Notes under the pieces: generated by a model
What the model was told of the DNA's origin: nothing
What the model saw: the letters and a program-made list of their open reading frames with translations, nothing else
The model's database searches: none
NCBI GenBank assembly: GCA_963780725.1
Contig: CAWACV010000001.1
Coordinates: 2,632,346-2,696,345, forward strand
Length of the DNA stretch: 64,000 bases
Reading direction: 5' to 3'
Source of the DNA: an uncultured Gammaproteobacteria bacterium
GTDB taxonomy: Bacteria; Pseudomonadota; Gammaproteobacteria; Chromatiales; Chromatiaceae
In this document: piece by piece, positions 20,547 to 29,721 of the stretch
Numbering within the stretch: the stretch's first letter is position 1
How the letters are laid out: every line of letters starts with the position of its first letter
Made by a program: the position numbers and the translations under genes

Positions 20547-21626
20547 ATGAGCAAGACCCTCAGCGACCGAATGACACGCATCCTGGATGCTGCTCGGTGG
20601 GCACCAAGCGGCGATAATACACAGCCCTGGCGATTCGAGGTGGAGGACGACGATACGGTAATTATACATGCATCGGACACCCGTCACTGGTGCGTCTACG
20701 ATCTGGAAGGCCATGCAAGCCAGATCGCAGTCGGTGCCCTTTTAGAGAACATCGTCATCGCCGCGTCCCGCGAGGAGTTGGAGACAGATCTGCGGCTGCT
20801 TCCCGACGGCACCGACACACATCCGCGAGTGCGTGCGCGCTTTCGGGCCTCCAACGCCATTACCCCAGATCCCTTATTTGAAATCATCGCGCAACGGTCA
20901 ACTCAAAGGCGCGCTCTGTCATGGTCCGCTCTTCGCCCCGCCGATCGAATGGCGCTTGAAGGCGCCCCGGGTCCCGGTTATCGTGTCTTCTGGGTGGAGG
21001 GTGTCCGCCAGAAGTGGCGCTTGGCAAGACTGTTGTTTCTCAATGCCTATATTCGCCTTACGATCGAAGAAGCATATCAGGTGCACAAGCGCATCATCGC
21101 ATGGGACTCAGGCTTTAGCGAGGACCGCATTCCCGATCGTGCGCTCGGCCTGGACCCTTTCGCATTGGCGATCATGAAATGGGCGATGGCCAGTTGGAGG
21201 CGAGTCAGCTTTATGAACCGATATCTGGGCGCGACTCTGCTTCCTCGTCTTGAGCTCGACGTGCTGCCGAGCATGGGTTGCGCAGCCCATTTTTTCATCG
21301 TCGCAGACAAGCCCCCGATCGAGCTTCAGGATTATTTCAACGGCGGCCGTGCCATGCAGCGCTTCTGGCTCACCGCAACCGCCCAGGGGTTACAGTTTCA
21401 ACCGCAAATGACGCCGATAATATTCTCTGAGTATACGAAGCGGTCGCTCCCGTTCACTGCAAGCGCCGAGGCGCGAAGACAGGCCGCCCGACTGAGGGCC
21501 GGCCTGTGCGAGCTCATTGGCGAATCGGTGCTCGACCGTGTCGTGTTTGCTGGTCGCGTCGGCTACGGTCCCCAGCCTCGCTGGCGCTCCCTGCGGCTTC
21601 CGCTGCCGCGGCTGCGCGCAAGCTAG
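20547..21626 (+). CDS. Nitroreductase-fold flavoprotein
   Basis: AARWAPSGDNTQPWRF, RSTQRR and GRAMQRFWLTATAQGLQFQP; own SD (GAGG). Confidence 0.88.
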   Translation: MSKTLSDRMTRILDAARWAPSGDNTQPWRFEVEDDDTVIIHASDTRHWCVYDLEGHASQIAVGALLENIVIAASREELETDLRLLPDGTDTHPRVRARFRASNAITPDPLFEIIAQRSTQRRALSWSALRPADRMALEGAPGPGYRVFWVEGVRQKWRLARLLFLNAYIRLTIEEAYQVHKRIIAWDSGFSEDRIPDRALGLDPFALAIMKWAMASWRRVSFMNRYLGATLLPRLELDVLPSMGCAAHFFIVADKPPIELQDYFNGGRAMQRFWLTATAQGLQFQPQMTPIIFSEYTKRSLPFTASAEARRQAARLRAGLCELIGESVLDRVVFAGRVGYGPQPRWRSLRLPLPRLRAS

Positions 21627-21679
21627 AGCCGCAGGCTGACACACTTTTCTCGGAAGCGAACTAAAAAGGTATTGCTCTT

Positions 21680-24592
21680 ATGATTCGCAGGTTTGCAGCA
21701 GCGTTTATTGTCCGACACACAGGCTTAACCCTTGCCACTGCGTTTTTAATGGCGTCTTGTGGACAGGAGACTGGTTCTGCGCCTCAGGTGCAGCCGAATA
21801 CCCGGAGCTCGGCCAGCACAGCCCCCGCCAGCGCGCCGTTAACTAAATCGAGCGCCTTGGATCAGGCGGCAGCCATGGAGAAGTCAGGACGGATTGATGT
21901 CGCATTGAGCATGTACAAGCAGGTCTTGGAGGAGGATCCGCACAATACGACTGTTCGGGCACGGCTGGGGCACCTGTATCTCGCTGTCGGCAACGGGCAG
22001 TCCGCTGTCAAGGAGCTTCTGCGGGCGACGGAAACGGGCACGCCAATCAGCGAGGTGGCTGTCGATCTCGCACGCGCCCGCCTGATGGGCGAGCAGTACG
22101 GCGATATGGTTAGCCCCTCGGCAGATGCCTCGTTGGCAGAGATCGACGCGATCGAAGGTCTACCTCCAGCCGATCATGCAAAGCTCCAGGCTCTGACCGG
22201 ACACGCCTTCTTACTCGATAACCGACCCGACGAGGCCGAAGCGCTGTACGCTGCGGCATTGCTCAGCCAACCGGATGAGCCTGAAGCACTTTACGGCCAG
22301 GCGATGCTTGCCGGAGAGCGACAGGACCCCGATACGGCAAGATCGCTGGTCAAGCGAGCCCTGGAGCTCGATCCGAGTCTGGCGGCAGCGTGGAGCTTTT
22401 TGGCACAGGTCGAACGATCCCGCGGCGATTCGAAGGCCGCGGAGACTGCCCTTTCCGAGGCGATTGAGCGCCGCGACAACAACTCAGCCGATATCTTCGA
22501 GAGGGGTACCATACGAGTGGCGTTAGGCAACGTAACAGGTGCCCTCGAGGACGCAAAGCAACTCGAGTCAACCGCCCGAGGCTCCGCATTTGCAGCGTAC
22601 CTGCGAGGTTTGGTCGCATTCTCCCAAAAAGACTACAAATGGGCTGACGAGCAATTCCAACTCGCGCTCTCGAAGAACCCGGCATTCATGCCGGCCGTGC
22701 TGCACGAGGGACTGACGGCAGCAGCTTTGGGGGCTCCGGAGCAGGCTCGCGAGCTGCTTATGAGGTATTCATCCGCGTTTCCTAACGACATCCCAGCCCT
22801 TAAGGCGCTGTCGAAGGTCGAGCTTCGGCTGCGCAACTTCAAGTCCGCGGGGGATCTTGCCGAACGCGCCGCAACGTTAGATACAGAGGACACAGAGTCC
22901 CTGGAAATTCTTGCCTCGGCACGATTCGCCGCCGGCCAGCTCGTGGAAAGCGCTGCGGCAGTAGAGCGCCTTGCGGCAGCCAATCCGAATTCGTCGGTAA
23001 TCCTGGAGAAGCTCGCTACCGTCTACGCTGCGCAAGGTAATAGCGAGGCTGCCAAACAGGCAGCGGCTCGCGCAAAGCAAATCGAGCAGGAGGAGCGCAC
23101 CGGTCCGCCCAAGACCTCTGCCGACGAATTGGTAAAGGCAGGAAAATTGGACGAAGCCTTGAGTGCCATGCAACGCCTGGCGCAGGCCGATCCGAACAAT
23201 GCCGACATCCAGGTGGCCCTCGCGCGCGTCCTTTTGGCCCGCAAAGAAACTGCCGACGCCGGGTCGGCGCTTCGCCGCGCCGCGAAACTCGATCCCCACC
23301 ACGCCCCGGCCGCGGCTGGTCTAGCTCAGCTTGCCATTTCCCGCGGCGCACTCGACGAAGCGATAGGTTACCTCGAGCCGATCATCCAGCATCAGCCTGG
23401 CAATCTCCAACTGGGTCTGGTTTTTGTCGATCTATTGAATCGCCTTGATCAAACGGACCGTGCGCTGATGACCCTGGAAGAGTTAATCCGCAACAACCCG
23501 ACCGCGTGGCAACCCCGAGCGTCCTTGGCACGTTATTGGCGAGAGCATGGCGACGCGCAAAAGGCCTTGGCACTTCTCGCACAGATCGCCGAGCCTGATG
23601 CACATAATCCACTCGTCTTAACGGAATTGGGAGAAGATCAGCTTGCAATCGGCGATGCCCGAAGTGCGGTAAAGACTTTCGAGCGCCTGACGACTCAGGC
23701 TCCCAATGTTGGCAACTCCCATTACCTGCTTGCCAGGGCACGTTATGCAGCGGGGCTGGCGAAGGAAGGCCGGTTGGCGCTATCGGATGCGGTCAAGCTC
23801 GATCCCGGACATGTGGTGGCCAAGGTCGCCCTTGCTCGCGCCATGCTAGCCGAGCAGAATTCGCAGGGTGCCTCCAAACTGGTTGCCGAGTTGGAGCGGA
23901 CAGACCCGGAGCGAGCAGACGTTCTTGCCCTTAAGGCGGCCTTGGCGGTTAGGGAGCAGCGTTTCGACCTCGCGGTGGCCGCGTACGAGGCGTCGCTTGC
24001 GAAGTCGCCGATTAACGGCACCGCACTGAACCTGGCATTGGCTCGTGTCGCCGCTGGCGATCCGGATGGGGCGATTCATGGGCTGGAGGACTGGCTTCTA
24101 AAGCACCCGAAAGACAATGCAGTTAAAATGCGCCTTGGACATCTGGCCTTCGCTCTGGGACGATCGGAGCTCGCAAAGCAGCACTATCTTGATTTATTCA
24201 AGAATGGCGCGAGGGACCCCGTCATGAGCAGCCACCTGGCGTTGTTGTCGCTCCAAGGGGCTGACCCGAAAATGGCGCTTGCTCATGCCAAGCAGGCGAC
24301 AGCGCTTGCGCCGACATCGGCCAGTGCACTAGAAACGCTCGGGCTGGTAGAGATGAATCTGCAACAGTACGACGCTGCCGCTGATGCCTTCGAATCTGGG
24401 ATCGCTGCGGCACCGGAAAACCGCTCCTTACACTACTTCCGGGCCGCTGCGCTGGCCGCCATGGGAAAACTCAAGGAAGCAGACACAGCCTTGACTCAAG
24501 TGCTTTCAAATGGCGTCGCGTTCCCCGAATTGGCCCAGGCCAAGGCACTTCAGGCAAGAATTCATGCGCTCATCGATGCGGGACAGGAGTAG
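21680..24592 (+). CDS. prsT: PEP-CTERM system TPR-repeat lipoprotein PrsT-like
   Basis: Lipobox LMAS-C; ~970 aa of TPR repeats; RARLGHLYLAVGNGQSAVKEL resembles the PrsT N-terminus; PEP-CTERM gene nearby. Confidence 0.75.
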   Translation: MIRRFAAAFIVRHTGLTLATAFLMASCGQETGSAPQVQPNTRSSASTAPASAPLTKSSALDQAAAMEKSGRIDVALSMYKQVLEEDPHNTTVRARLGHLYLAVGNGQSAVKELLRATETGTPISEVAVDLARARLMGEQYGDMVSPSADASLAEIDAIEGLPPADHAKLQALTGHAFLLDNRPDEAEALYAAALLSQPDEPEALYGQAMLAGERQDPDTARSLVKRALELDPSLAAAWSFLAQVERSRGDSKAAETALSEAIERRDNNSADIFERGTIRVALGNVTGALEDAKQLESTARGSAFAAYLRGLVAFSQKDYKWADEQFQLALSKNPAFMPAVLHEGLTAAALGAPEQARELLMRYSSAFPNDIPALKALSKVELRLRNFKSAGDLAERAATLDTEDTESLEILASARFAAGQLVESAAAVERLAAANPNSSVILEKLATVYAAQGNSEAAKQAAARAKQIEQEERTGPPKTSADELVKAGKLDEALSAMQRLAQADPNNADIQVALARVLLARKETADAGSALRRAAKLDPHHAPAAAGLAQLAISRGALDEAIGYLEPIIQHQPGNLQLGLVFVDLLNRLDQTDRALMTLEELIRNNPTAWQPRASLARYWREHGDAQKALALLAQIAEPDAHNPLVLTELGEDQLAIGDARSAVKTFERLTTQAPNVGNSHYLLARARYAAGLAKEGRLALSDAVKLDPGHVVAKVALARAMLAEQNSQGASKLVAELERTDPERADVLALKAALAVREQRFDLAVAAYEASLAKSPINGTALNLALARVAAGDPDGAIHGLEDWLLKHPKDNAVKMRLGHLAFALGRSELAKQHYLDLFKNGARDPVMSSHLALLSLQGADPKMALAHAKQATALAPTSASALETLGLVEMNLQQYDAAADAFESGIAAAPENRSLHYFRAAALAAMGKLKEADTALTQVLSNGVAFPELAQAKALQARIHALIDAGQE

Positions 24593-24712
24593 ATACGGAG
24601 TTGGGAATATTGGAACCTACCGAAAGCGAGCCGCGGATACCTCGAGCCCGTTGGCTAACGGCCTTCGATGCGGAAACAAGACGGACTCGCCTACTTAAGA
24701 CCCTGGTGTAAG

Positions 24713-25936
24713 ATGGCCGTGAGCATTGCCCACAACGCGCGCCGGCGAATTCTGTTTGTCGCAGAGGCGGTGACCCTCGCTCATGTCGCCAGACCGCGGG
24801 TACTTGCGAATGCGCTCGATCCGATCCGCTACGAGATACATTTTGCCGCCGCACCTACGTTCGACGTTGCGCTGAATGGACTAGCTGCCGCGCGCTGGCC
24901 ACTGCGCAGCATCGAGCCGGGGCGTTTCATGAAGGCATTAGCTCAGGGCGCTCCCATTTACGACCGAGAGACGCTGGATCGGTATGTCGCAGACGATCTC
25001 GACCTCTTGGATCAAGTGCGTCCAGACCTGGTCATAGGCGACTTTCGGCTTTCGCTCGCTATCAGCGCCCCGCTCCGCCGCATCCCCTATTTCGCCCTGT
25101 CAAACGCTTATTGGAGCCCGTTTGCAGACATTGCCCGCTGGCCCATTCCGGACCTACCGCCCGCTCGACTGCTCGGCGAACGCTTCACTGCGGCAGTATT
25201 CAATTGGATCCGACCGCTGGTTTTTGGAATGCACGGGGCGGCGCTGAACGCACTTCGGCGACGACACGGCCTCACACCCCTCGGCGATATGCGGGACGCC
25301 TACACTTGGGGAGACGAGACGCTGTACCTCGATGTACCGCAACTGATTCCGATGCGACTCTTACCCCCAAACCACCATTTCATTGGCCCCGTCGTATGGG
25401 AGCCCGAAGCGCCGCTGCCCGAGTGGTGGGGGGATCTAACTCGGAGCCGACCGACCCTGTACGTCACATTAGGCTCTTCGGGTCCAGCTACGCGGTTACC
25501 GGATCTCCTGGAAGGGCTCGCCACATTGCCCGCAAACATCGTTGTGGCAACCGCTGGTCGTTTGGCCCCCGGCGATTTGCCGCCCGGGATCTGGGGCGCG
25601 GACTACCTACCGGGAAGTCGCGCGGCAAGACGCGCCGATCTGGTCGTCTCAAACGGCGGTAGCCCCACTGGCTACCAGGCGCTCTCCGAAGGCGTGCCAG
25701 TGCTCGGCATCGCCTCCAACCTAGACCAGCATTTGGCCATGCATCATATTGCAGCGGCCGGTGCCGGACGGCTGCTCCGCAGCGAGCGGGCCGACCCCCG
25801 GACCTTAAGTGCCCTCGTGGAGCAGATGCTTACGACCGACCGCTATCGAATCGCGGCCCAACGAGTCCAGGGTTGGATGAGCAACTATCGGCCTGGGGAA
25901 CGACTGGAAGAGCGGATCGCGGCGCGGATATCGTAG
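24713..25936 (+). CDS. GT1/MGT-family UDP-glycosyltransferase
   Basis: ILFVAEAVTLAHVARP, RPDLVIGDF, LYVTLGSSG and SNGGSPTGYQALSEGVP..NLDQ. Start uncertain (24668/24713/24719). Confidence 0.85.
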   Translation: MAVSIAHNARRRILFVAEAVTLAHVARPRVLANALDPIRYEIHFAAAPTFDVALNGLAAARWPLRSIEPGRFMKALAQGAPIYDRETLDRYVADDLDLLDQVRPDLVIGDFRLSLAISAPLRRIPYFALSNAYWSPFADIARWPIPDLPPARLLGERFTAAVFNWIRPLVFGMHGAALNALRRRHGLTPLGDMRDAYTWGDETLYLDVPQLIPMRLLPPNHHFIGPVVWEPEAPLPEWWGDLTRSRPTLYVTLGSSGPATRLPDLLEGLATLPANIVVATAGRLAPGDLPPGIWGADYLPGSRAARRADLVVSNGGSPTGYQALSEGVPVLGIASNLDQHLAMHHIAAAGAGRLLRSERADPRTLSALVEQMLTTDRYRIAAQRVQGWMSNYRPGERLEERIAARIS

Positions 25937-26016
25937 CGAAACTTGCGCGTCCCGCCATCATCGGCCCGAACGACGCCAGCTCCGCTGGGCCAACGATCAA
26001 ATAACCGGAGATATTT

Positions 26017-26670
26017 GTGATCCCGAATCGACGCCTATCCTCTCCCGAATCAACGGATTGGACCAGATACTATCGAAAGCACGACGTCCCCGAGTTTATC
26101 GTTAACGCGCTACTCAAAGAATATCTGCTGTGCATAAGAAAATACTGCAACAAGACCCATGGGCTCACAATCGCGGAAGTGGGCGGAGCGGACAGTTGTT
26201 TCTTCGCAACACTGGACCGAGAGCTCGACATCGACAAGTATATCGTAGTAGACAACAACGAATACGGACTTGAGCTTACCCGAGAGAAGGTGAAATCGGA
26301 TAAGCTCTCCTTAATGTACGGCAGTATCTTTAACGCACATGCACTGAATGTGTCGGCCGACATCGTTATTAGCGGCGGACTCATTGAGCACTTCGCCCCC
26401 GAGGAAACCAGGCAAAGCATCCTCGGACACTTCTCTTTGGCTGCACCCGGCGGATTAGTCGTCATCTCTTGCCCCACTCCAACATGGATCTATTGGTCGT
26501 TTAGGTCCCTGCTCGAGTCGATCGGAAAATTTCCGCCGGTATTCGAGCGTCCGTTGAAACTGGACGAGGTCACAACCGTACTCCAGGAGAAGGGCAGTCT
26601 GGTCGCTGCCTACCGGCTCTGGACGACGATCCTCACCCAAATGATTACGGCAACTCAGAACGTCCGATAA
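26017..26670 (+). CDS. Class I SAM-dependent methyltransferase
   Basis: AEVGGADS motif I, VVDNN, DIVISGGLIEHF and APGG. Confidence 0.8.
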   Translation: MIPNRRLSSPESTDWTRYYRKHDVPEFIVNALLKEYLLCIRKYCNKTHGLTIAEVGGADSCFFATLDRELDIDKYIVVDNNEYGLELTREKVKSDKLSLMYGSIFNAHALNVSADIVISGGLIEHFAPEETRQSILGHFSLAAPGGLVVISCPTPTWIYWSFRSLLESIGKFPPVFERPLKLDEVTTVLQEKGSLVAAYRLWTTILTQMITATQNVR

Positions 26671-26717
26671 TACACTGCTAGATGCGTTTCACTCGCCAAG
26701 CAGAACTCGTGCGCAAC

Positions 26718-26750
26718 AAAAAAGCCCCCGAGACGATCGTCTCGGGGGCT
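26718..26750 (-). terminator. Rho-independent terminator of the PEP-CTERM gene
   Basis: Perfect 28-bp palindrome AGCCCCCGAGACGATCGTCTCGGGGGCT (26723-26750) followed by a T-run on the minus strand. Confidence 0.85.
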
Positions 26751-26782
26751 ACGCTATCGAGCACCCGGCTAAGTTTTTTGGA

Positions 26783-27682
26783 TTATGCCTTGCGCCGACG
26801 GGCAGCGGCCCCGATCAGACCGAAAGAAGAGGCCATGAGCAGCAGCGTAGTAGGCTCTGGAACCGCGAAGGTCTCGGCCGCGGTGATGGAGAAGACCTGA
26901 CGCCCACCGCCGGCAGTCGGGGTACCGTCCCACATCACAGCGGGACGGAGATTTTGCAGTGGCTGAGTGAGGTTTCCGGCGATGCGCATGCTAAGCAGCT
27001 TACCGCCGGTTCCATTATTCACCGGCAGGTTGTCGAGATTGAGATAGGCGCCGTTATAGTCTGTAATTTCGAACAGCAGATCGAAGGCACCAGTACCTGT
27101 ACCTGGAATAATGGCGGTAAAGGAGGACACGTTACTGACCAACGTGGCCTCGAGAATGTTCGTACCGTTACCGAAGCCAGAGACTGTACCAGCTCCACTG
27201 CCGCTCACCGCCTTACCGCCGTCGGACAGATCGTCATAGTAGAGCGTCAGGTTCGGCGTCGATGTCTGTCCGCCGACTGGGTCGACGAATGTCACCGTAC
27301 CCCCTCCGAAGGCATTTGGCGTAAAGTCGAACACCACGTCGTCGAAGCGGACGGTCTTAGTCAGCTCGAAGGCTCCAGCGGCCCCGTTGTTTCCGTTCAG
27401 CCCAGGCACGCTGACGATCGAGCCATCAGCCGTCAACGAAGCAACCACAAACTGGGTGACGAAGGTGTGCACATCCCCGACCACAAAAGGCGGCCCTACG
27501 CCCAAATCGACGCCCGTGGCGGCAGCATCGGACCAGATGTCGGAAAAGATCCAACCGCCGGCGCCAGCGCCGCCGGTCGGGTCAAGGCCGATCGTTGGCT
27601 GCGGAACGGCCAATGCGTTTCCGGCGATGGCCATACCGACGACGGCCGCCAGGCTTGCCGCAAGGGACGAATATTTAGTCAT
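26783..27682 (-). CDS. PEP-CTERM sorting-domain surface protein (possibly PepA-like)
   Basis: ATG at 27682 with AGGAG SD; signal peptide ending ALA; Gly/Thr/Asp/Phe-rich beta-type body; C-terminal VPEP + TM + RRRK. Confidence 0.92.
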   Translation of the reverse strand: MTKYSSLAASLAAVVGMAIAGNALAVPQPTIGLDPTGGAGAGGWIFSDIWSDAAATGVDLGVGPPFVVGDVHTFVTQFVVASLTADGSIVSVPGLNGNNGAAGAFELTKTVRFDDVVFDFTPNAFGGGTVTFVDPVGGQTSTPNLTLYYDDLSDGGKAVSGSGAGTVSGFGNGTNILEATLVSNVSSFTAIIPGTGTGAFDLLFEITDYNGAYLNLDNLPVNNGTGGKLLSMRIAGNLTQPLQNLRPAVMWDGTPTAGGGRQVFSITAAETFAVPEPTTLLLMASSFGLIGAAARRRKA

Positions 27683-27800
27683 GACGAAAACTCCTGGTAA
27701 ATTTAAGGGTGTTCGCTCTACCGACGGCGAAGGCAACCTAATTATCTCGTTCGACAGCAATGACAAGATTGCCGCTCTGGCGAACTTGTCGCTTAAGGTA

Positions 27801-27816
27801 AGCAAAGCATGTGCCA
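27801..27816 (-). promoter_or_regulatory. Sigma-54 (-24/-12) promoter of the PEP-CTERM gene
   Basis: Minus strand TGGCAC-ATGCT-TTGCT is an exact match to TGGCAC-N5-TTGCW. Confidence 0.85.
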
Positions 27817-27889
27817 TAAATAAAATATTTTTATAAAACAGACTTTTATATACTATCGAGCAATGTGCGCTACCGAGGCGACCGATGAA

Positions 27890-27908
27890 GTGTAAAAAAT
27901 ATTGACAC
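27890..27908. promoter_or_regulatory. Putative enhancer (PrsR-type activator site) upstream of the sigma-54 promoter
   Basis: Imperfect palindrome GTGTAAAAAATATTGACAC ~75-90 bp upstream of the -24 box, separated by an AT-rich (IHF-like) tract. Confidence 0.6.
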
Positions 27909-28676
27909 CGGCGGGGCTCAAAGCCTTCGAACTGCTCCGAACCATCCATCGAGACGAGCGATCTTGCGAACCATACGGTAAGGTCCCAGGGATGCGACTC
28001 GACCGGACCCCGAAATTTCGACGATAAGCAATCTTGCGCATTAGATAAGGATTAAAGAAAGACGGGCGAAGCGAAGCGCAAGACCGACACGGCGGCCTTC
28101 GCAGCCATAAGCGGGCTTGGTGGAGATCCGGGGGAACGGGCTCGGGCAGGACCGCGGGGGCCACCCGGTGCAGGTCGGGCGGTGGAAGCGGGAGATCCAA
28201 GGGCAGACCGAGTCGCCGCTCGCGAAGAAGTGCGAGCCGATAATGGAAGGTGGCCCCGCGGATGGGACCGGCTGTACTGCAGGACCGACAGGTGCAAGGT
28301 CGAGGTGGGCTGGTTGCAAAAGGTCCGGGCTAAGCCCGTTAATATCTGGCGCGCCACCCGCAGCTGGCGTGCATCCCGATCCTAACCCACACCGCAGCGG
28401 CATCCGATCGGCAGGTCTGTTATAAAGAGCAGATAAGCCAAGGAAAAACTGTATGTATGTCGGGGGATTTATCTGCAGCACTCGGCAGCCACACATAACA
28501 GGCAATTACCGGCGCGGAATACCGCCGATGCCCCGTTTCTTGGAGTCGGCCCAAGATGTCGGGGCTTCGCAGAATCCGCATCGAGCCTTCCCGTGCTCCC
28601 CCACCTTGCAGCGACGCACCCCGATGCAAGGCGCGAGCCGTGGGTAGTTCTGCGGTGCATCGCCGATCATGACGAG

Positions 28677-29537
28677 ATGAATCTCATGTATTACCGTTTG
28701 GTAGCCAAAAACCGAATTTTCGAAGCCAACCGGACCATCGTCGAGTACGAAATCCGTCCGGGCAACACCGTCACCTTCGTTGCCGAGGTGGACCTCACGC
28801 AGGTACAGCGTCTTCGCACGACCCAAGAGGCATCCAAAGCATCTTATACCGCTTTCGTGGTCAAAGCGGTCGCCTTAGCGCTGCGGCGCTACCCCTATGC
28901 CAATCGACGGGTCTGCAGACGCGGATGGTGGCCGTTCGCAGGGCACTGCCTACAAGCATTCGAGCGCTGCGATATCGCCGTGGCCGCGGAGCGCGACATT
29001 CCGGACATCGAATACTGCGCCTTCGTGGATATCGTCCGCGATGCCGACGGCGCCGGTCTATCCGACATCGACCGACAGTTGAGCGCGCTGGCCACCTGCG
29101 ACGTCCATACGAACGAGCAGTGGCGATCCTTCAGCGGTGTGGTGACACGATTTCCGCACTGGCTGTCTACCCACCTTATTCGCTTGCCTTACTACTTTCC
29201 CGGATTTTGGCTTAAATTCAGGGGCGCGTCTGTCCTGATCAGCTCTCCGGCAAAATACGGTGTCGATAGTGTGGTGGCAACATGGAGCTGGCCGCTGGGG
29301 GTATCTTTCGGATTCGTGAAGGACCGCCCCGTCGTCCGGGACGGCGCCGTCGTTCCCTGCCCCACCTTCAATCTGGTGGTGAATTTCGACCGCCGGGTGA
29401 TGGCAGGCGCGCAGGGTGCGCGCTTCTTTCGCGAGATTGTCCGGATACTGGAGAGCGCCGAGTCCGAGATGGCAGCTTTTTTGCGGGAGTCTGGTACGGA
29501 GACGACCGCGAAGGACCCCGCAGCGACAGGGAAGTAG
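28677..29537 (+). CDS. Stand-alone 2-oxoacid dehydrogenase E2-type acyltransferase catalytic domain
   Basis: EVDLT, SYTAFVVKAVALAL..YPYAN, DIAVA, VKDRPVVRDG and FDRRVMAGAQGARF; no lipoyl domain. Start uncertain. Confidence 0.75.
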   Translation: MNLMYYRLVAKNRIFEANRTIVEYEIRPGNTVTFVAEVDLTQVQRLRTTQEASKASYTAFVVKAVALALRRYPYANRRVCRRGWWPFAGHCLQAFERCDIAVAAERDIPDIEYCAFVDIVRDADGAGLSDIDRQLSALATCDVHTNEQWRSFSGVVTRFPHWLSTHLIRLPYYFPGFWLKFRGASVLISSPAKYGVDSVVATWSWPLGVSFGFVKDRPVVRDGAVVPCPTFNLVVNFDRRVMAGAQGARFFREIVRILESAESEMAAFLRESGTETTAKDPAATGK

Positions 29538-29721
29538 AATATGGTCACCCAGTCGCCGCGCGATGCTAACCTGCCCGTCCGGACTCGACGTTAACGCATA
29601 AGCCGGAGGGGACGCCCATCTCCAGCGGCCACCCGGCACAGCGGCGACTCTGTCGGGCCGAGCCGAATGTCGTGTCCTGCCGGAACCTCCGACGGGGTTG
29701 CCAGACCAGTCGTCGGAATCG

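Noticed and set aside
18070-21626. RiPP (azole-type) cluster with the Cys-rich ORF as precursor and ThiF/nitroreductase as maturases
   Set aside because: No YcaO, peptidase or transporter. Cys spacing looks like metal-binding knuckles, and the FeeM-like neighbours fit OxzAB-type chemistry better.
26783-27949. 388-aa extended version of the PEP-CTERM ORF (and similar 5' extensions of ribE, mepA, the kinase and the IMPase)
   Set aside because: The extension runs through the promoter; the SD and signal peptide mark ATG 27682 as the start.
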